Source of the DNA: Octopus bimaculoides
Taxonomy: Eukaryota
Direction of reading: 5' to 3'
Length of the DNA: 50,358 bases
Assembly (NCBI RefSeq): GCF_001194135.2
Contig: NC_068981.1
Location: 151,839,006-151,889,363 of the forward strand
Below, in pieces: positions 35,746 through 49,879 of this stretch (its first letter is position 1; each line of letters opens with the position of its first letter). The position numbers and the translations under genes were made by a program. The notes below the pieces were generated by a model that saw only the letters and a list, made by a program, of their open reading frames with translations, was not told the DNA's origin and did no database searches.

Positions 35746-36159
35746 TGTTTGTGTTTTTGTCATCTATTGCTGATGGAACATGTAATGGTTCACTTGAGCT
35801 TATCCCCTTGCCTATGTTATGGAGCTTAATCAAATTACTCATATGTTTATTGCAGGTTTTCCCTGTGAGATGATTTTAGGCCAACACTACTGGTTAATGA
35901 ATCATTTGTCAATTATACAGTATTCTTGCCACTTGGAGCAATTGTTTGTGACTACTAGTAATTGGCAGTGACATCTTTTTTGCTAAAGTTTCTAGTCAAA
36001 ATTTTGCTTTCAAATCAGTATCGTGTTCAATTAATTTTTCGTTTTTTTCCAAAAACTAAGAACAACTAAAAGCAGATATAGCAGATATGATACAAAAGAA
36101 GATTTCTTTATCATATATTTTCCAATAAATGATGGCACCATAAACTCAACCTATCTTAC

Positions 36160-36241
36160 TTTCTCCCTCTCTTTCTCTTTCTCTCCTCTCTTTCTCTCTC
36201 CTCTCGCTTTTTCTCTCTCCCTTCTCTTTCTCTCCTTCTTA

Positions 36242-36314
<73 letters not shown>

Positions 36315-36500
36315 CTGTCTCTTTCTCTCTCTTGCTCTCTAAATATCTCTCTAAATCTCTTGCTAAATCTCTCTCTCTCTCTCTGTCCATCTGTCTGTCT
36401 GTCTCTCTCTCTCTATCTCTCTCCCTCTCTCTCTCTCTCTCGCCCTCTCTCTCTCTCTCTCGCCCTCTCTCTCTTCCTCTCTCTCTCCCTCTCTCTCTTC
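36160..36500. repeat. Compound (CT)n/(AT)n low-complexity tract
   Basis: Directly visible; source of the RE-rich pseudo-ORF. Confidence 0.95.
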
Positions 36501-37070
36501 ATTAGGATTAAAATATTAGTAATTTAAAAAACTAATTCAGCTAAATGTTACTTAACTATTAGTACCTTTAAACATATTCAGTTTAATTTCCCCAAAAGAA
36601 ATCTATTCAAATATAATGTCATTCACAGATTGTTTGATGAAATGCCAGCTTGAAAGCTAAAAACAAAGATTCCAAAAAAGCCAAGGAAGTTATGCTATGT
36701 CTACAAAATAATAAGTATAAACAAACCAGAATTCATAAACATTATAGATATAGATTATATCAAGATATATTTGCAATAAAGCTCAGTCTATATTATTCTT
36801 TATTCTGTTCTTCAATAGCATTACATCTTCGATAGTTTATTATTTTCCTCTTACATTTTGATTCCATGGTTTCTGAAATATTGCCAAATAAAAAACAATT
36901 TTGCTCCATTTCTTCTTTCCTTAAATAATAATATAGAACCAAAGATAAACAAGTATTCCTAATATACGTATGGAACTAGCATTGAACAAAGTATTGTCAT
37001 GTCTTTTCTAGCATATTCTGTTTTTATTGTTTGAGTTTGCATGTTTGGCATATTCTAGTTTAGATTATGG

Positions 37071-37110
37071 CATAAAACACCATAAAACACCATAAAACAC
37101 CATAAAACAC
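37071..37110. repeat. 10-bp tandem repeat cataaaacac x4
   Basis: Four exact copies. Confidence 0.95.
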
Positions 37111-37377
37111 AATCACTACACAAGAAAATGTTAATGCAATTCACCCTTTAAACATGAACAACACTCAGCTAGAACTTTTGCAGTTTCTTCAAATGCTAGG
37201 CTAGCATCACTGAGGGACATTCTCAATGTAAGCACATGCTCTATATAGCAAATTCAGCATCTCAAAGACTGGTCTTTCTCTTCTAATACATCAGTATTTA
37301 TTTGCCACTAATCTTCTAGAAAACTCAGGTGAGACCCACAATGGAATAATACTTGCACATTTAGATGAAACTGCTGT

Positions 37378-37428
<51 letters not shown>

Positions 37429-37438
37429 NNNNNNNNNN

Positions 37439-37477
<39 letters not shown>

Positions 37478-38183
37478 ACACACACACACACGTGCATGTG
37501 TGTGAGTTTGCGCAAACACACAAACATATCCAAAAGAAAGGTCACTGGATTAAAAAGAAAGTTACTTGCAAATGCATTCCAGTCCTACAGATTTGCAGTC
37601 TCCTCTCTCTGTCTTCTTTTCTACTGCCACCACTCCACTACTCCCACCCCTAGCTTCTCAATGCAGGCTAGTCTCATGGCATTGTCATTCAGGCACTCCT
37701 GACTTATCTCTCCACTTCTTGTCATCTTTATTATTGCCCAGCACATCAACACACTGAGCAGACGATGACTAAAATAGCCTTCTAGTTGTGACCATCTTGC
37801 CTGTTTTGTTTCTTTTTTTCTTTTCATTTATCATGACATTATTCAATGGTCCTTTTTCTTGTAAACAGAAAAGCATTATTAACTGAGGGAATTTGAGAGC
37901 TTTTTCTTGCAGGTTGAGCATCTGCAGAGAAGCTTCCTTACAGTGCTATAAAGCTGTGAGGTTTAATTCCTTTCCAATACTAACTCTAATATGAAAAGCA
38001 TCCACCAAAATATCGAATGAATATTGAAAAATAATCTGTTTCCAGCAGAGTTGGCAACCATTTAAAATGGAATACTAATTTCATAATGAGCACTATTTAA
38101 TTTTTAAGCACATTCATTGCATATGTATCCTCACAACTTGTGTTTGAAGTATTTGAGTATTTGGAATAACTATAGTATAAGAA

Positions 38184-38253
<70 letters not shown>

Positions 38254-39336
38254 TCCATCTCCTATTGAAAGTATTTGTTGATATACAATTTTAATAAAAA
38301 CAAAAAAATTCATTCATTCAAGCCCATTTAAGTAGTGTTATTTAATTTTGAGCATAAATCTACTTAAAGAAATTTTTCTTAATATTGTTTCTCAATTAGT
38401 GATTCTATAACTTTAAAAAAATGTTCTCTGATCCTTTATGATATTTTTTAACAAATATACTCATATAATTATTACTTTGATATTAATTCTTATTAATTCT
38501 GACCATCAATAAGTAGATTATTGCCTTAAAGATGCTCCCAGAAAGAGCCAATTTTTTTTCAGACACACGTACCTGCCTTGAGGAAAAATTGATTTTAGCA
38601 ATAATAATGACAGTGGACATTTAATAGCTTCTTTTTAGAAGGTATATATTAGCATGGGTTGGATATTTTTGACAGTTAAGTATTTGCTGCATATGGATTG
38701 TTTAAACATATGTTGGATATCCTTCTATAATTTCTGCTATTGTTTCATAATCATACTCATTCTTCTTCTGATAGATGTGACATGTATATTTCAGTTCAAT
38801 TAACTGAAATAATCTATGACTATAGACTCAATATAGAGGATAAATTCTGAAGATAATCCATTATTTTAATCTCACAAATTCTAATTATTTGACTTGATTC
38901 CATATCCTTATATTTTCTAACATGAAATTAGTACTGGAAAGATAGGAACAAATTCTGATCATGAGATATTTCATACAAAAGATTTCTTCTTGGAACAAAA
39001 TCTCTAATAAAAGCCAATATAAATGTTAGTTGGTTAGTTGATTTCTCCATTGTATAGAGTGAGAAGTGGAGATAGAGTAAATAGAAGATACATAGAGAGT
39101 TATTATAAGAGAAGCAAGATTAGTGGTTTTATATCTTAATAAATATTACACATTTCTTTCTATGAAATTTTACCAAGATATGTTTTTTATGGAGTGGATC
39201 GCTATTATGTTGATAAAGTTTAGATTGTAGGTAAGCTATATTTCCTGATATTAATGACAATGACAAAAGTGTACTTCCAAAGTTATCCATATATGACAAG
39301 TAATAATTTAGTTCAATATGAAATAATCAAACTTAC

Positions 39337-39597
39337 CTTTACAAGTGAGCATGTCATAGTATGGCCTGTTGATAGCTGATAGATCTTCTTCAAAATTAAT
39401 TGTTGTATTGTTAATTGTGGCTTGAGCCTCAAACAGGCTATCAAGGCTTTCTTCTGAAGCAAGCATGGTTCTGTAGCCTGAATAACTTACTTCACTTGTT
39501 GTACTTTCAGGTGTTTCTCTGCAAATCAACTCTCGTCTTCTCTTTATGCCTTCAATGCCAACTAGTGCACATAGTTCTTCAAGAGGTGTTGATTGAA
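39337..39597 (-). CDS. Exon 1 in window (261 nt, phase 1-1): non-domain Ser/Thr/Glu-rich linker
   Basis: Acceptor tttattttttgatttgtag|TT, donor G|gtaagt. QSTPLEELCALVGIEGIKRRRELICRETPESTTSEVSYSGYRTMLASEESLDSLFEAQATINNTTINFEEDLSAINRPYYDMLTCK is open and in phase with exon 2. Confidence 0.85.
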
Positions 39598-41695
39598 CTA
39601 CAAATCAAAAAATAAATATTATTTATACCAACCAATCAATCAATCAAAATTCAAAATCTAAGAAAGCCAAAAATGCATAGCAAGAGATGCAGCCTCATTC
39701 TTTCATCCTTTCCTATCCAATCTTGTATTTTACATCATTTTCTTCCCTGTCCGTTTTTCAATGATGCTTAATCACCACCATTTGTGGTCTTCTCTTCCTC
39801 TTTCATTTGTTTTTCCATGTATGACCACAATCACTGCACAACTTCACTTAGGGAAGGGTACCTTGTTGTGTTGCTATGTGACCAAACTATTATATTTTCC
39901 TCCTTTTGCCCATTGATTAACTAGATGTAGAGATCTGATAATTGGCTAAGTAAAATTGCTTTCAGAGTTAAGCGGAAGAAAGATTTGTGTAAGAAATATT
40001 TGAAGTTTAAATTTGAATCTGGCAATTAGTATTATCTAGTTAATGTTAATTATACAATACTAAATATACAAATGAGACATAGTCCTCTGATTCACCTTGA
40101 AGGGCAATAAATCTAAATAAAAACCAAGTAGTGCCATGATGAGTCATCTAAACTATATTAGCATAGAAAACAGATGTAAAATAACAATGGCAGCAATGAT
40201 AATGAGAAGTTATTAGTTTTATCTTTGAAAAGTTAGCATCAAAATGTTAATGGTACAAACTCTAGGCTCTAGCCTGGATAAGAGCAAGAACATATAAGCT
40301 TTCCTACTCCAACACTCTTCCTCATGGAAAACCAATTTATTACATCTTTGAAGTGTTTCTATTCACTAACTAACTTATCAACATATGCCAGCTCTAGTTT
40401 CCCTGGATCCTACTTTCCACCTCACATATGCTATGATATGTCTCTTCAAACGATCTCTATTGCAGTTTTGAAACTCAGTTATATGACATTAACACTCCAA
40501 TGAAGGTGGCCTATTTTGGAAACATCTCTTCAAAACTAATCTAAAGAGAACAGAGAGTGTTCATAGTCCATTAAAAGAACCTGACAAGAGGTGATGAGGC
40601 ATTCAATACATCATCACTTGACTTGGATAGAGATAACAGCAAAATCTTCATCAAAATCAAACTCCACTATATTTAATAAGAAGGACAAATTGGTTAATGT
40701 CATTTTAGATATACAATATTTTTTTTAAAAAGTGCAAGAAATTCTGAGGTGATTACTGCCGGAATAGTTTTGGCCATAGGTTTACTCAATCAAGACTACC
40801 TGGGGCTAAACAACCATAGTAACCTAGTGTTGGTGGCATAATAAACAACATGTCTTCTTTTTTAACAGTAATAAGCTGCTTAATAAAAAATACATCTTGG
40901 AGTTAACTCTGAAAATCCTTAGATTAAACAGCTAATTTAAGAAAACACAGATTACAGATAAGATGTTTCATACCTGCATCATTTTTCTAGTTATAGCACT
41001 GATTATTTCCTTTTAGTGGTGGATTATGGCATAAATTTATTAATAATTCACTTCCCAAGCAAAAACAGGAGTACTAAAAACCCATCCCAATGTCAATGTT
41101 ATCCACTCAGACTTGACATGAGAAATAACTTAATGGTTAGTAGAAACTATATAAAAGTCATTGTATAAACTATGATAAATAATGAACTACACTGTAAATA
41201 GTGAATAAATCAATTGCTAAGATTTTCAAAATAAACTGACATCAGACTTCATAAACACCAGCTTGAGAATCAGAACAGAAACAGATGCACTGGCAGGACT
41301 CAAACCTTGTACCAGTTGATTATTGGCCATGTTACCAATTATACTACAGAACACCTACCAACCTCCCCATTCTCTCTCTTGTCTTCTTCTCTCTTAATTT
41401 CAGAAAGAGTCTTAGGTTCTTTACTAAAAAAGTTTAATCCAATTTTGTAGAATTCTTCTTTCAACTTCTTAATCTAGATGGGTTTGTATAGTAACATCTT
41501 TGCAGGTAAATTTGCCTAACATTCTGCCTGTATAATTAGTTATACTGTTATACTAGAGAACCACCCATCACCAATGTCCAACCCAATTTCTCATTAAAAA
41601 AAATAACTGGATGATCAGCAGAAACTACATCATATACACTCTATAAACTATGATATGCCCCCCCCCCACACACACACGTGCACATGCATGCATAC

Positions 41696-41729
<34 letters not shown>

Positions 41730-43099
41730 TCACACAATAGTAACAACAATGACAACAAATTATCTGTAGGACTCTTCTAAGCCCAGTCTTCACAATATCG
41801 CAAGCCCATACCACCAATGTATGAAAGCTTGTTGGATCATTTAAACACAACAAAGTAATTAGTCACAGTTTCTTAAATATCATTCCATAAGCCACATATT
41901 GTTGATAGTTAGTAAGTGTTATTACAATTATTGAATGATAGACTTAACCTGTTACCCCATTAATACCACCAATTGCCCCACAGTTACTTTTAGTGGAGTT
42001 TTCTTCATTGAAAGTACTTAGATTAGGTTCTCACTCTGAAACTAGTTATATTCTTTATGAATTATAGTTATCTTATTCATCTCCCCAATTCTCTACCAGT
42101 CTTGAACACCCTGCAAATGTCATGAGGAATGTCATTCCTCTGCTGATTAAACCATAGAAGAAAAAAAAGGAAAATCCCATTATGCTATTTGCCTCAGTCA
42201 ATCAAGCTGTTTGATTTACTAAAAGCCACTGACAACACAATGTTATAACAACATATACTAATGTAAAATCAAACTAACCAATCCAAAGTAGCATAGTTTG
42301 ATAGATACTTAAACAAAAGTTAATTGATGATCTGTAGGGACACCATATTCTGTTATGCAACCATGATATACAACAAAGTATATCAAACGTTTTTATAAGT
42401 TAATATTGTGTTCTCTTGTGTTAGCAGTGCTATTACATCACTTGTTAAGCTTATCTCTACAGATTTTCTATAGAGATTATAGGCAGCACTATAACGAAAT
42501 TAGTACCAGCAATAATTTCTATGGAAAATCTATAGAGATAACCATAACAAGTGGAAAATTAATTGAATACTAAAATAAAGACTACTTGTGAGGGAACATT
42601 TTACCAGATAAATATTGTATCTTATAAAAGATTTATAAACATCAATATTTTAATTTGTTCAATAAAATATCCTAAGTAAAAAAAAAAAAAAAATTCTAAC
42701 AATTTGTGAAGGATTTCTCTGTGTTCCGGTTGCTGTGACCCTGGATTGCTTTTACTGGAATACCTGCTAGGATTACCGATTGGCCGGAATTGTGTTGCAG
42801 TGTCTTGAACTGTCTTCCTTCCTTCTTTTTCTCTGCTCTGTCTTTCTGTTCCTTTTGTATGTATTTATTTATTTATTTATTTATTTAGGTATTTTTACTG
42901 TGAACTTTTTTGTTGAACTTTTCTTTGGATTTTTTGAACTTTTTTTTGAAGGCATGGCAAAAAAGAACAACACTGTCTTGGAGTGGGAACTGTGCCCACC
43001 CAAGCGCCCCTCTCATTTTTCATATGTATCATCTTTTCATTCTACATTTTGTCTTTGTCCAGCCCTAGCTACGGCCATTCTGTGTAAAGCCTATATGGC

Positions 43100-43420
43100 T
43101 AATTAATGAAATAATGTAGTTCCATTTCTTTCCAGTTTCCTTGCTGCCAATAGTATTCTTTCTTTACTCTGCTCAATATAATTTTCCAGATCCATTATTC
43201 CAATATTAAGAGTGTCTTCTGCATTTAGTAATCCTCTGTTACTTTCTCTTCTACGTAGGTAGGGTCAGTCAGTATGGCTTTTAAGATGGAATGCATTGTG
43301 CACTGAGAGCAGCCTTTTAGTTCTTCCATCCAAACTCAACTTTTCAGAAAGAGAGCAGATTATCTCAGTAAGGGCATAGCCCATGTATTTATGGCTTTAA
43401 TGATGTTCCCTCCATTCAAT
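43100..43420 (-). mobile_element. R4/Dong-like non-LTR retrotransposon fragment (region C-terminal to RT)
   Basis: KLNGGNIIKAINTWAMPLLR motif, then frameshifted remnants resembling MH..FHPK...DRLYV.R..GGRGL. Confidence 0.75.
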
Positions 43421-43489
43421 TTTATCATTATTATTGCTATCATTATTTCTATTTCACTCCTCAGAGTTCTCAATTTTACTTGCTCCAGT

Positions 43490-43960
43490 TTAATCTGTAA
43501 GAACAGACAGCAACCTGTTGTCAAAGGTCTTACAGAATCTCTTTGACCCAATAGAACAGTTTTCTGAGCATGTTTTACCTTCATATTAATCCCAAATTCT
43601 ACAACAAATTTCTCAAACCTGATTATTGATACTCCAAGGGCCCCTATAACTACTGGGATGACAATTACTCTTTTTTATTGCTCACATTCATGTAATTTCA
43701 TCTTTTGGCAGCTTGGACTTTTCAATCTTTTTCCAGCTCTTTGTCACCCACATGTGCATTGCCAGGCAGTGTCTATTATTTTGGTTTCCTTCAGCTTTTT
43801 ATCCACTACAGCAATATCTTGTCTCCAAGCATCAATTACTGAGTCACACAGGATTGTAAAATCCCATAATACCTTTTGCTCATTATTCTCAGTAACACCT
43901 TCTGGTTTATGTTCATATCATTTCTGTGTACTTTCAAGGCCACAGAAATGGTATGAACAT
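43490..43960 (-). mobile_element. R4/Dong-like LINE 3' fragment (REL endonuclease domain)
   Basis: K*YEHKPEGVTENNEQKVLWDFTILCDSVIDAWRQDIAVVDK..KETKIID...VIVIPVVIGALG...HAQKTVLLG, a decayed RPD..E/KY-type REL domain. Confidence 0.8.
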
Positions 43961-43977
43961 TATTGTTATTGTTGTTG

Positions 43978-44047
<70 letters not shown>
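43960..44047. repeat. (TTG)/(TTA)n microsatellite
   Basis: Directly visible. Confidence 0.95.
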
Positions 44048-44689
44048 TACTTAAATTGGCAAAGGTGGCAAGCTGGCAGAACTATTAGCATGCTGGGTGA
44101 AGTGCTTAGAGATATTTCGTCTGTCACTACGTTCTGAGTTCAAATTCTGCCAAGGTTGGCTTTGCCTTTCATCCTTTCAGGGTCAATAAATTAAGTACCA
44201 GTTGAGTACTAGGGTCGATGTGATCAACTGTCACCCTCCCCACAAAATCCAGGCATTGTGTTTATAGTAGAAAGGATTATTACTTAAGGTGGCAAACTTT
44301 CAGAATTGTTAGCACATCAGGCAGAAGTTTTAGCAGTATTTCATCTGTTTTTACATTTTGAGTTCAAGTGCTTTGTCTTTCATCCTTTGGGGTTTATAAA
44401 ATGAGTACCACTTGAGCACTGGAGTTAGCGTCAACGACTTAACTATCCCCCAAAATTACTGACCTTGTTCCAAAATTTGAAACCATTATTATTATTATTA
44501 TCATTATTATTATTATTATTATTATTATCATCATCATTATATTTTAAAAAGATTGACATAACTCTTCACGAAGGTAAATAAACTATACAAAGAGCGTGAT
44601 GTGATTGAAATAGATTGCATATAGGTTTGAACGATATTTCTACAGCTTGACTGTCTTTTTCAAATTCAAAATGCCAAATACTGCATTCC

Positions 44690-45155
44690 TACTTTGAAGG
44701 AGTGTCATTCTATCAAAGTGGGAAAGTAATGAGTGCTTTCCATAATATATGGGCTGTACCCATTAAGGTTATCTTTCGTAGTTCACAGAGACTGAAGTTA
44801 CCAGGGAGTTGCTTAATATACTTCTCAGCTCCCTTTTTTATCATTTTCAATGCACCAATTACTACTGGTATTATCATAGTACTAAGCTTTTTTTTTTTTT
44901 TTTTGATTTTTGTGATTTCAGTTTGCAGATCTTTATAGTGAGAAAGCTTTTTGCATTCTTTTCTTGAGATATTTTGATCTTGTGGGACAGACATATCTAT
45001 TAACAGACAAGTTCGTCTGTTGTAGTCCTTGATCACAATGTCTGGTCAATTGGAGTCAATTTTTCTGTCAGGTTGTATAGGAAAGTTCCAAAGGATGGTG
45101 ACGCCCTCGCCATTTACTACAACCTCTAGATGGTGCCTGTAACACTTATCAAGGG
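44690..45155 (-). mobile_element. R4/Dong-like LINE 3' fragment (REL endonuclease domain)
   Basis: VTILWNFPIQPDRKIDSN*PDIVIKDYNRRTCLLIDMSVPQDQNISRKE.KKLSHYKDLQTEI...IIPVVIGAL...LRKITLMGTAHILWKAL; PD..D..E.K nuclease signature, decayed. Confidence 0.88.
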
Positions 45156-45183
45156 ATTATTATTATTATTATCATTATTATTA

Positions 45184-45227
<44 letters not shown>

Positions 45228-45228
<1 letters not shown>

Positions 45229-45385
45229 GTTTGGCTTCTGCTTTGTATTTGCACAAGTTGACTCCAAGTGTCATCCAGAGACCGCAAGAGACAACAAGTT
45301 AGAAGTTCAAGTTGATGTTATGGTTTTGCATAGAGTATTGTTCTAGAGAATATTTGTCAAGGCATAAGAAAACTAGAAGTTCATT
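45228..45385 (-). mobile_element. Probable LINE 3' UTR ending in (AAT)n tail (45159-45226)
   Basis: The reverse complement ends ...gtgcaaatacaaagcagaagccaaacat(aat)n. Family link to the REL fragments is inferred. Confidence 0.5.
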
Positions 45386-45448
45386 TTAAAAGTAATTTGG
45401 CGGTAAGATGATGGTGTGATCTTAAGATGACAGTAAAAGGTGTTATTA

Positions 45449-45552
<104 letters not shown>

Positions 45553-45574
45553 NNNNNNNNNNAAGGTGTTATTA

Positions 45575-45623
<49 letters not shown>

Positions 45624-46266
45624 GCTTTGTGACATTTCATCTTTCTTCATGTTCTGAGTACAAATTCCAATGAACTCAATTTTGCCTTTCATCCTTTCGG
45701 GGTCAATAAAATAAGTACCAGTTGAGTACTGGGGTCAAAATAATCAACTTACCCCTTCCCCCGAAATTGCTGGCCTTGTGTCAAAATTTGAAATCATTAT
45801 TGTTATTATTATTAAGGCAGTGAACTGGCAGAATTCTTAGCAAACCAGCCTAAATGCTTAATGGCATTTCATTTATCTTTATGTTCTGTGTTCAAATTCT
45901 GCTGAGGGGAACTTTACCTTGTATCCTTTCAGGGTCAATAAAAATAAGAACCAGTTAAGTACTGGGGTCAATGACATCAACTAGTTCCTACCCCCAAAAT
46001 ATCAGGCCTTGTGCTTATAGTAGAAAAGATTGTTATTATTATAATTATGGTGGAAAGGTGGCAGAACCATTAGCATGCTGGACAAAATGCTGAGTGGCAT
46101 TTCTTCTAGCTTTATGTTCTGTGTTCAAATTTCACCAAGGTCAACTTTGCCTTTCGTCATTTTGAGATCGATATAATAAGTACCAGTTGAGCACTGTGGT
46201 CGATGTAATTGAGTTGCCACTTTCCCCAAAAAATTTCAGTCCTTGTGCCCATAACAGAAAGGACTA

Positions 46267-46298
<32 letters not shown>

Positions 46299-46554
46299 TG
46301 AAGTGGTGAGCTGGCAGAATCATTAGCATGCTGAGAAAGATGCTTAGAGACATTTTGCCCAGCTTTACGTTCTGGGTTCAAATTCTGCCAAGTCAATTTT
46401 GCATTTCATCCTTTTGGAGATGTTGAGTGCAGGGGTCGATGTAATTGACTTAACTCTTCCTCCAAAATTTCAGACCTTATGCTTTTAGTAGAAAGGATTA
46501 TCATTATTATTACTATTATTATTATTATTGTTGTTGTTTTGATCATCACTGTTA

Positions 46555-46730
46555 CTAGACATTGCATGCACAAATGTTTTATATTTGAAATCAATGCCCT
46601 TGATACCAGATCACAACCAGTTTCCTTAAATATATAAAGGACCTTTCTTACAATCCTTGCCATTCCCAAAAGAGCAGATTACCGAATTAATGCAACTCTC
46701 ATTGTTAAATCAATCTCAATAAAACTGCCA
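46555..46730 (-). mobile_element. R4/Dong-like LINE extreme 3' end
   Basis: SALLGMARIVRKVL, the typical C-terminal K.ALLGTA.ILRKVL motif, then a short UTR and an (AAC)/(AAT) tract. Confidence 0.7.
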
Positions 46731-46815
46731 AGTCTGGCAGAATCATTAGTACGCTGGGCAAAATGCTTAATGACCTTTCATCCATTTTTACATTCTTCAT
46801 TTAAATTCAGGGCAT

Positions 46816-46952
46816 TTATTATTATTATCATTATTATCTTCATCAACATCATCATCATTATCATCATCATCATCATTATCATCATCATCATCATTATCAT
46901 CATCATCATCATTATCATCATCATCATCATTATCATCATCGTCATTATTATT
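46816..46952. repeat. (ATC)n/(ATT)n microsatellite
   Basis: Directly visible. Confidence 0.95.
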
Positions 46953-48944
46953 ACATAATAGAAACAGCTTCCTTCAAGTTAAAGTATTGGTCAAAATATT
47001 AGACTAGCACACAAACTTCTATTTTACAAGTTTTATTAACTTTTTCTCCAGTACAGACAGACACTGATTTTCTTAGATAATGATTTTCTTTTGAATAGGA
47101 ATGTCATAATTTGATACCTGTAATTTGATTAGAGTATCTTTTAATTACCTTCCACTGGCCTTTCCTAAACTATAAGTCCTTTCATACAAGAAGTTTGATG
47201 ACATCAAGCAAACTAAATGACATAGTAGATGGAGTCAATTTGAATAGCAGTGATACGTCTTTATAACCAGATATCAAAAAATTACTTAATTGGTAATAAT
47301 AGCTTAGATTGACCAAAGCCATTTGAGTGAAATTTGGTTGCATGAAACTATGCAGGAGCTCATTAGAAGGACCATGACCTACTTTTGGGTTGTCACACTG
47401 TATAATGCTGATTCTACTTGAGAATTACATTAAAGCTATGTGTTTCTGTGACATATGGAGCTACTTTCTTCATTAATTTTCAGTTAGGCACTCAAACAAT
47501 GAAATTGTTATGAGAGTCCATTATTTTTAATATAAATTCATTGGCACAGATAGAGTTTGGCCTGCCCAAAACAGATCTTGAGTTGCTGCCCCTTTCCTGC
47601 CTACCACCACCCACACAAAAATTGCATATCACAGTATATACTAAGTTCCACCTCAAGGAGATGCAGCTAGGGTCACCCCATTCTGCTCCACTCCTCTCCC
47701 TTTAGCTAAACTAGAATATAGAATATGTTATCCATTAACTTCAATATTAAGATATACATGCAAAAGAAAATAAATAACCAGAATTTAAAACTATATCAAG
47801 AATATCAAAATATATAAAGATATTGTAAGTGATATTAGAATAAACAGCTTAAATGCTTTCATATTTAATTATCCAATTAAATTTTATGTGAAAAGGAGCA
47901 AATGAAACTTTGATCAGCAAGGTAAGTAAAGTATATCTTGATACATTTCTACATAAAATATTCCTGAGAAAGATAGAACATATAAATATAATTTGAAACA
48001 TATAAGTGGTATATCTGGTAGCAAGGTTACTAGATGTGTACTTGGAACATAAGATGGGTGGTATATCTAAGAATGTAATGGGGTTAAGGGAGAAGCATAA
48101 AACTATATTTAGAAAGTAAAACAAATACCATATTTCATTATCATATTTCAGCACAGAAATATAGGCTTCTACATGTTTCTCTTCACATGTAAAACAAAAA
48201 GTAAAAAGAAAAGAAAAAAGAAAGCAAAGAAGATGCTACTTAAGAAGACTGTTGCAGAACTTAATGAACATTTATTTTGTCTTTTTAAATGTACCATAAT
48301 TTGTTCTGGCAATTAATATATAAGAGCAAAGTAAATTACAATGAAGGGGAAAAGTGTCTGAGTTATTTTTACCACTTGTAAAGATTAAGCAATATTAGGT
48401 TAGCAGTAAATCTCACCAACATCTCAATATACATATCATGTTTTCATGATATCCACACTATATACGTTCTTACAGAGCAAGCAGCTTACTACCAACCAAG
48501 GTAAATTGAATTGTATCCAGCATATTGTAAACTTAGTAGCTTCTCACCTGCTAGATAATACTTTTTTCTAATCTTATGTTGATTAAAGATAAAAAAAAAG
48601 ACTTTAATGGAATTTTTTAAAATTATTTTTAAGCACTAAAACTTTTAAGTTGTTAAAATATTTATTAATAAATTATACTTCAATTTTGTATCTATATATC
48701 ATAATCTGTCTTGCAAACTACACGCATGACACACACATGTGCACACATGTGCGCATACACACACACACACACACCACACACACAAACACATACACAAAGA
48801 TGTCTGTATGCGTAAACACCAAAAATATTCATACACATGTACATACATATGAATTGATAGCTAGATAGATAGATAACAAAAGAGAGAGAGAGAGAGAGAG
48901 AAACATACACACACACACACACACACATGTATATGTATATGTCT

Positions 48945-49179
48945 TTTACTCTTTTACTTGTTTCAGTCATTTGACTGTAGCCATGCTGGAGCACCGCCTT
49001 TAGTCGAGCAAATCAACCCCAGGACTGATTCTTTGTAAGCCTAGTACTTATTTTATCAGTCTCTTTTGCCAAACCTTTAAGTTACGAGGATGTAAACAGA
49101 CCAGCATTGGTTGTCAAGCGATGTTGGGGGGGACAAACACAGACACACAAACATATACACACACAAATACATATACATG

Positions 49180-49221
<42 letters not shown>

Positions 49222-49385
49222 TATACGATGGGCTTCTTTCAGTTTCCGTCTACCAAATCCACTCACAAGGCTTTGGTCGGCCCAAGGCTATAGTAGAAGA
49301 CACTTGCCCAGGGTGCCACGCAGTGGGACTGAACCCAGAACTATGCGGTTAGTAAGCAAGCTGCTTACCACACAGCCACTCCTAC
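48945..49385 (-). mobile_element. Apparently full-length tRNA-derived SINE with central (TA)/(CA) microsatellite
   Basis: Head gagtggctgtgtggtaagcagc...gggttcagtcccactgcgtggcaccctgggcaagtgtc; tail ...gtgctccagcatggctacagtcaaatgactgaaacaagtaaaagagtaaaag. A second tail copy lies at 50160-50310. Confidence 0.85.
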
Positions 49386-49879
49386 ATCTATGTGTGTGTA
49401 TATATTTATATATATAGACACACACACACATGTTTATACAGATATACTTTTTCTGTATCTCCTCCATTTCTCCCACTACTGCCACACCATAACCCCCACC
49501 CCTTCAATACACTTTCATTTCTTTAACCCTCCCACTGTAGTTCAACTTCTGCTACTGCTGTCTATTTAAGTCACCTACTTTTCACATAGCCTTGAATGAA
49601 TGGAGACAATTAAAAATAATGAGATTTCCCCTGCTCTTAGTTTCAAGAAGAACATGACAAACTCTCCATTGTTGGTGTCACTATGAATTGCACTAAGTAC
49701 AACTCTAGAATAAAAATGGTATTATGAAGGATCTTCTGCATAGAAACCATACCAAAAATGGAATAGCAATTCTGATGTTGTCTTCCAACCCATCTAGGAG
49801 AGCAGAAACTTCAAAATAAAAACTAATTTAAACTATTGTAACCTTTCTAACTCATACCAGCATATATATACATGCATAC

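Noticed and set aside
37291-37370. Possible alternative terminal exon (VSSKCASIIPLWVSPEFSRRLVANKY*)
   Set aside because: Phase-compatible after a cag, but upstream is a (TG)n microsatellite with no pyrimidine tract, and there is no other support.
42720-43110. Locally GC-richer segment, possibly the 3' end of an L1/Tx1-like element; 108-aa hydrophobic ORF
   Set aside because: The ORF's hydrophobicity comes from T-rich low complexity, and there is no recognisable motif to assign a family.
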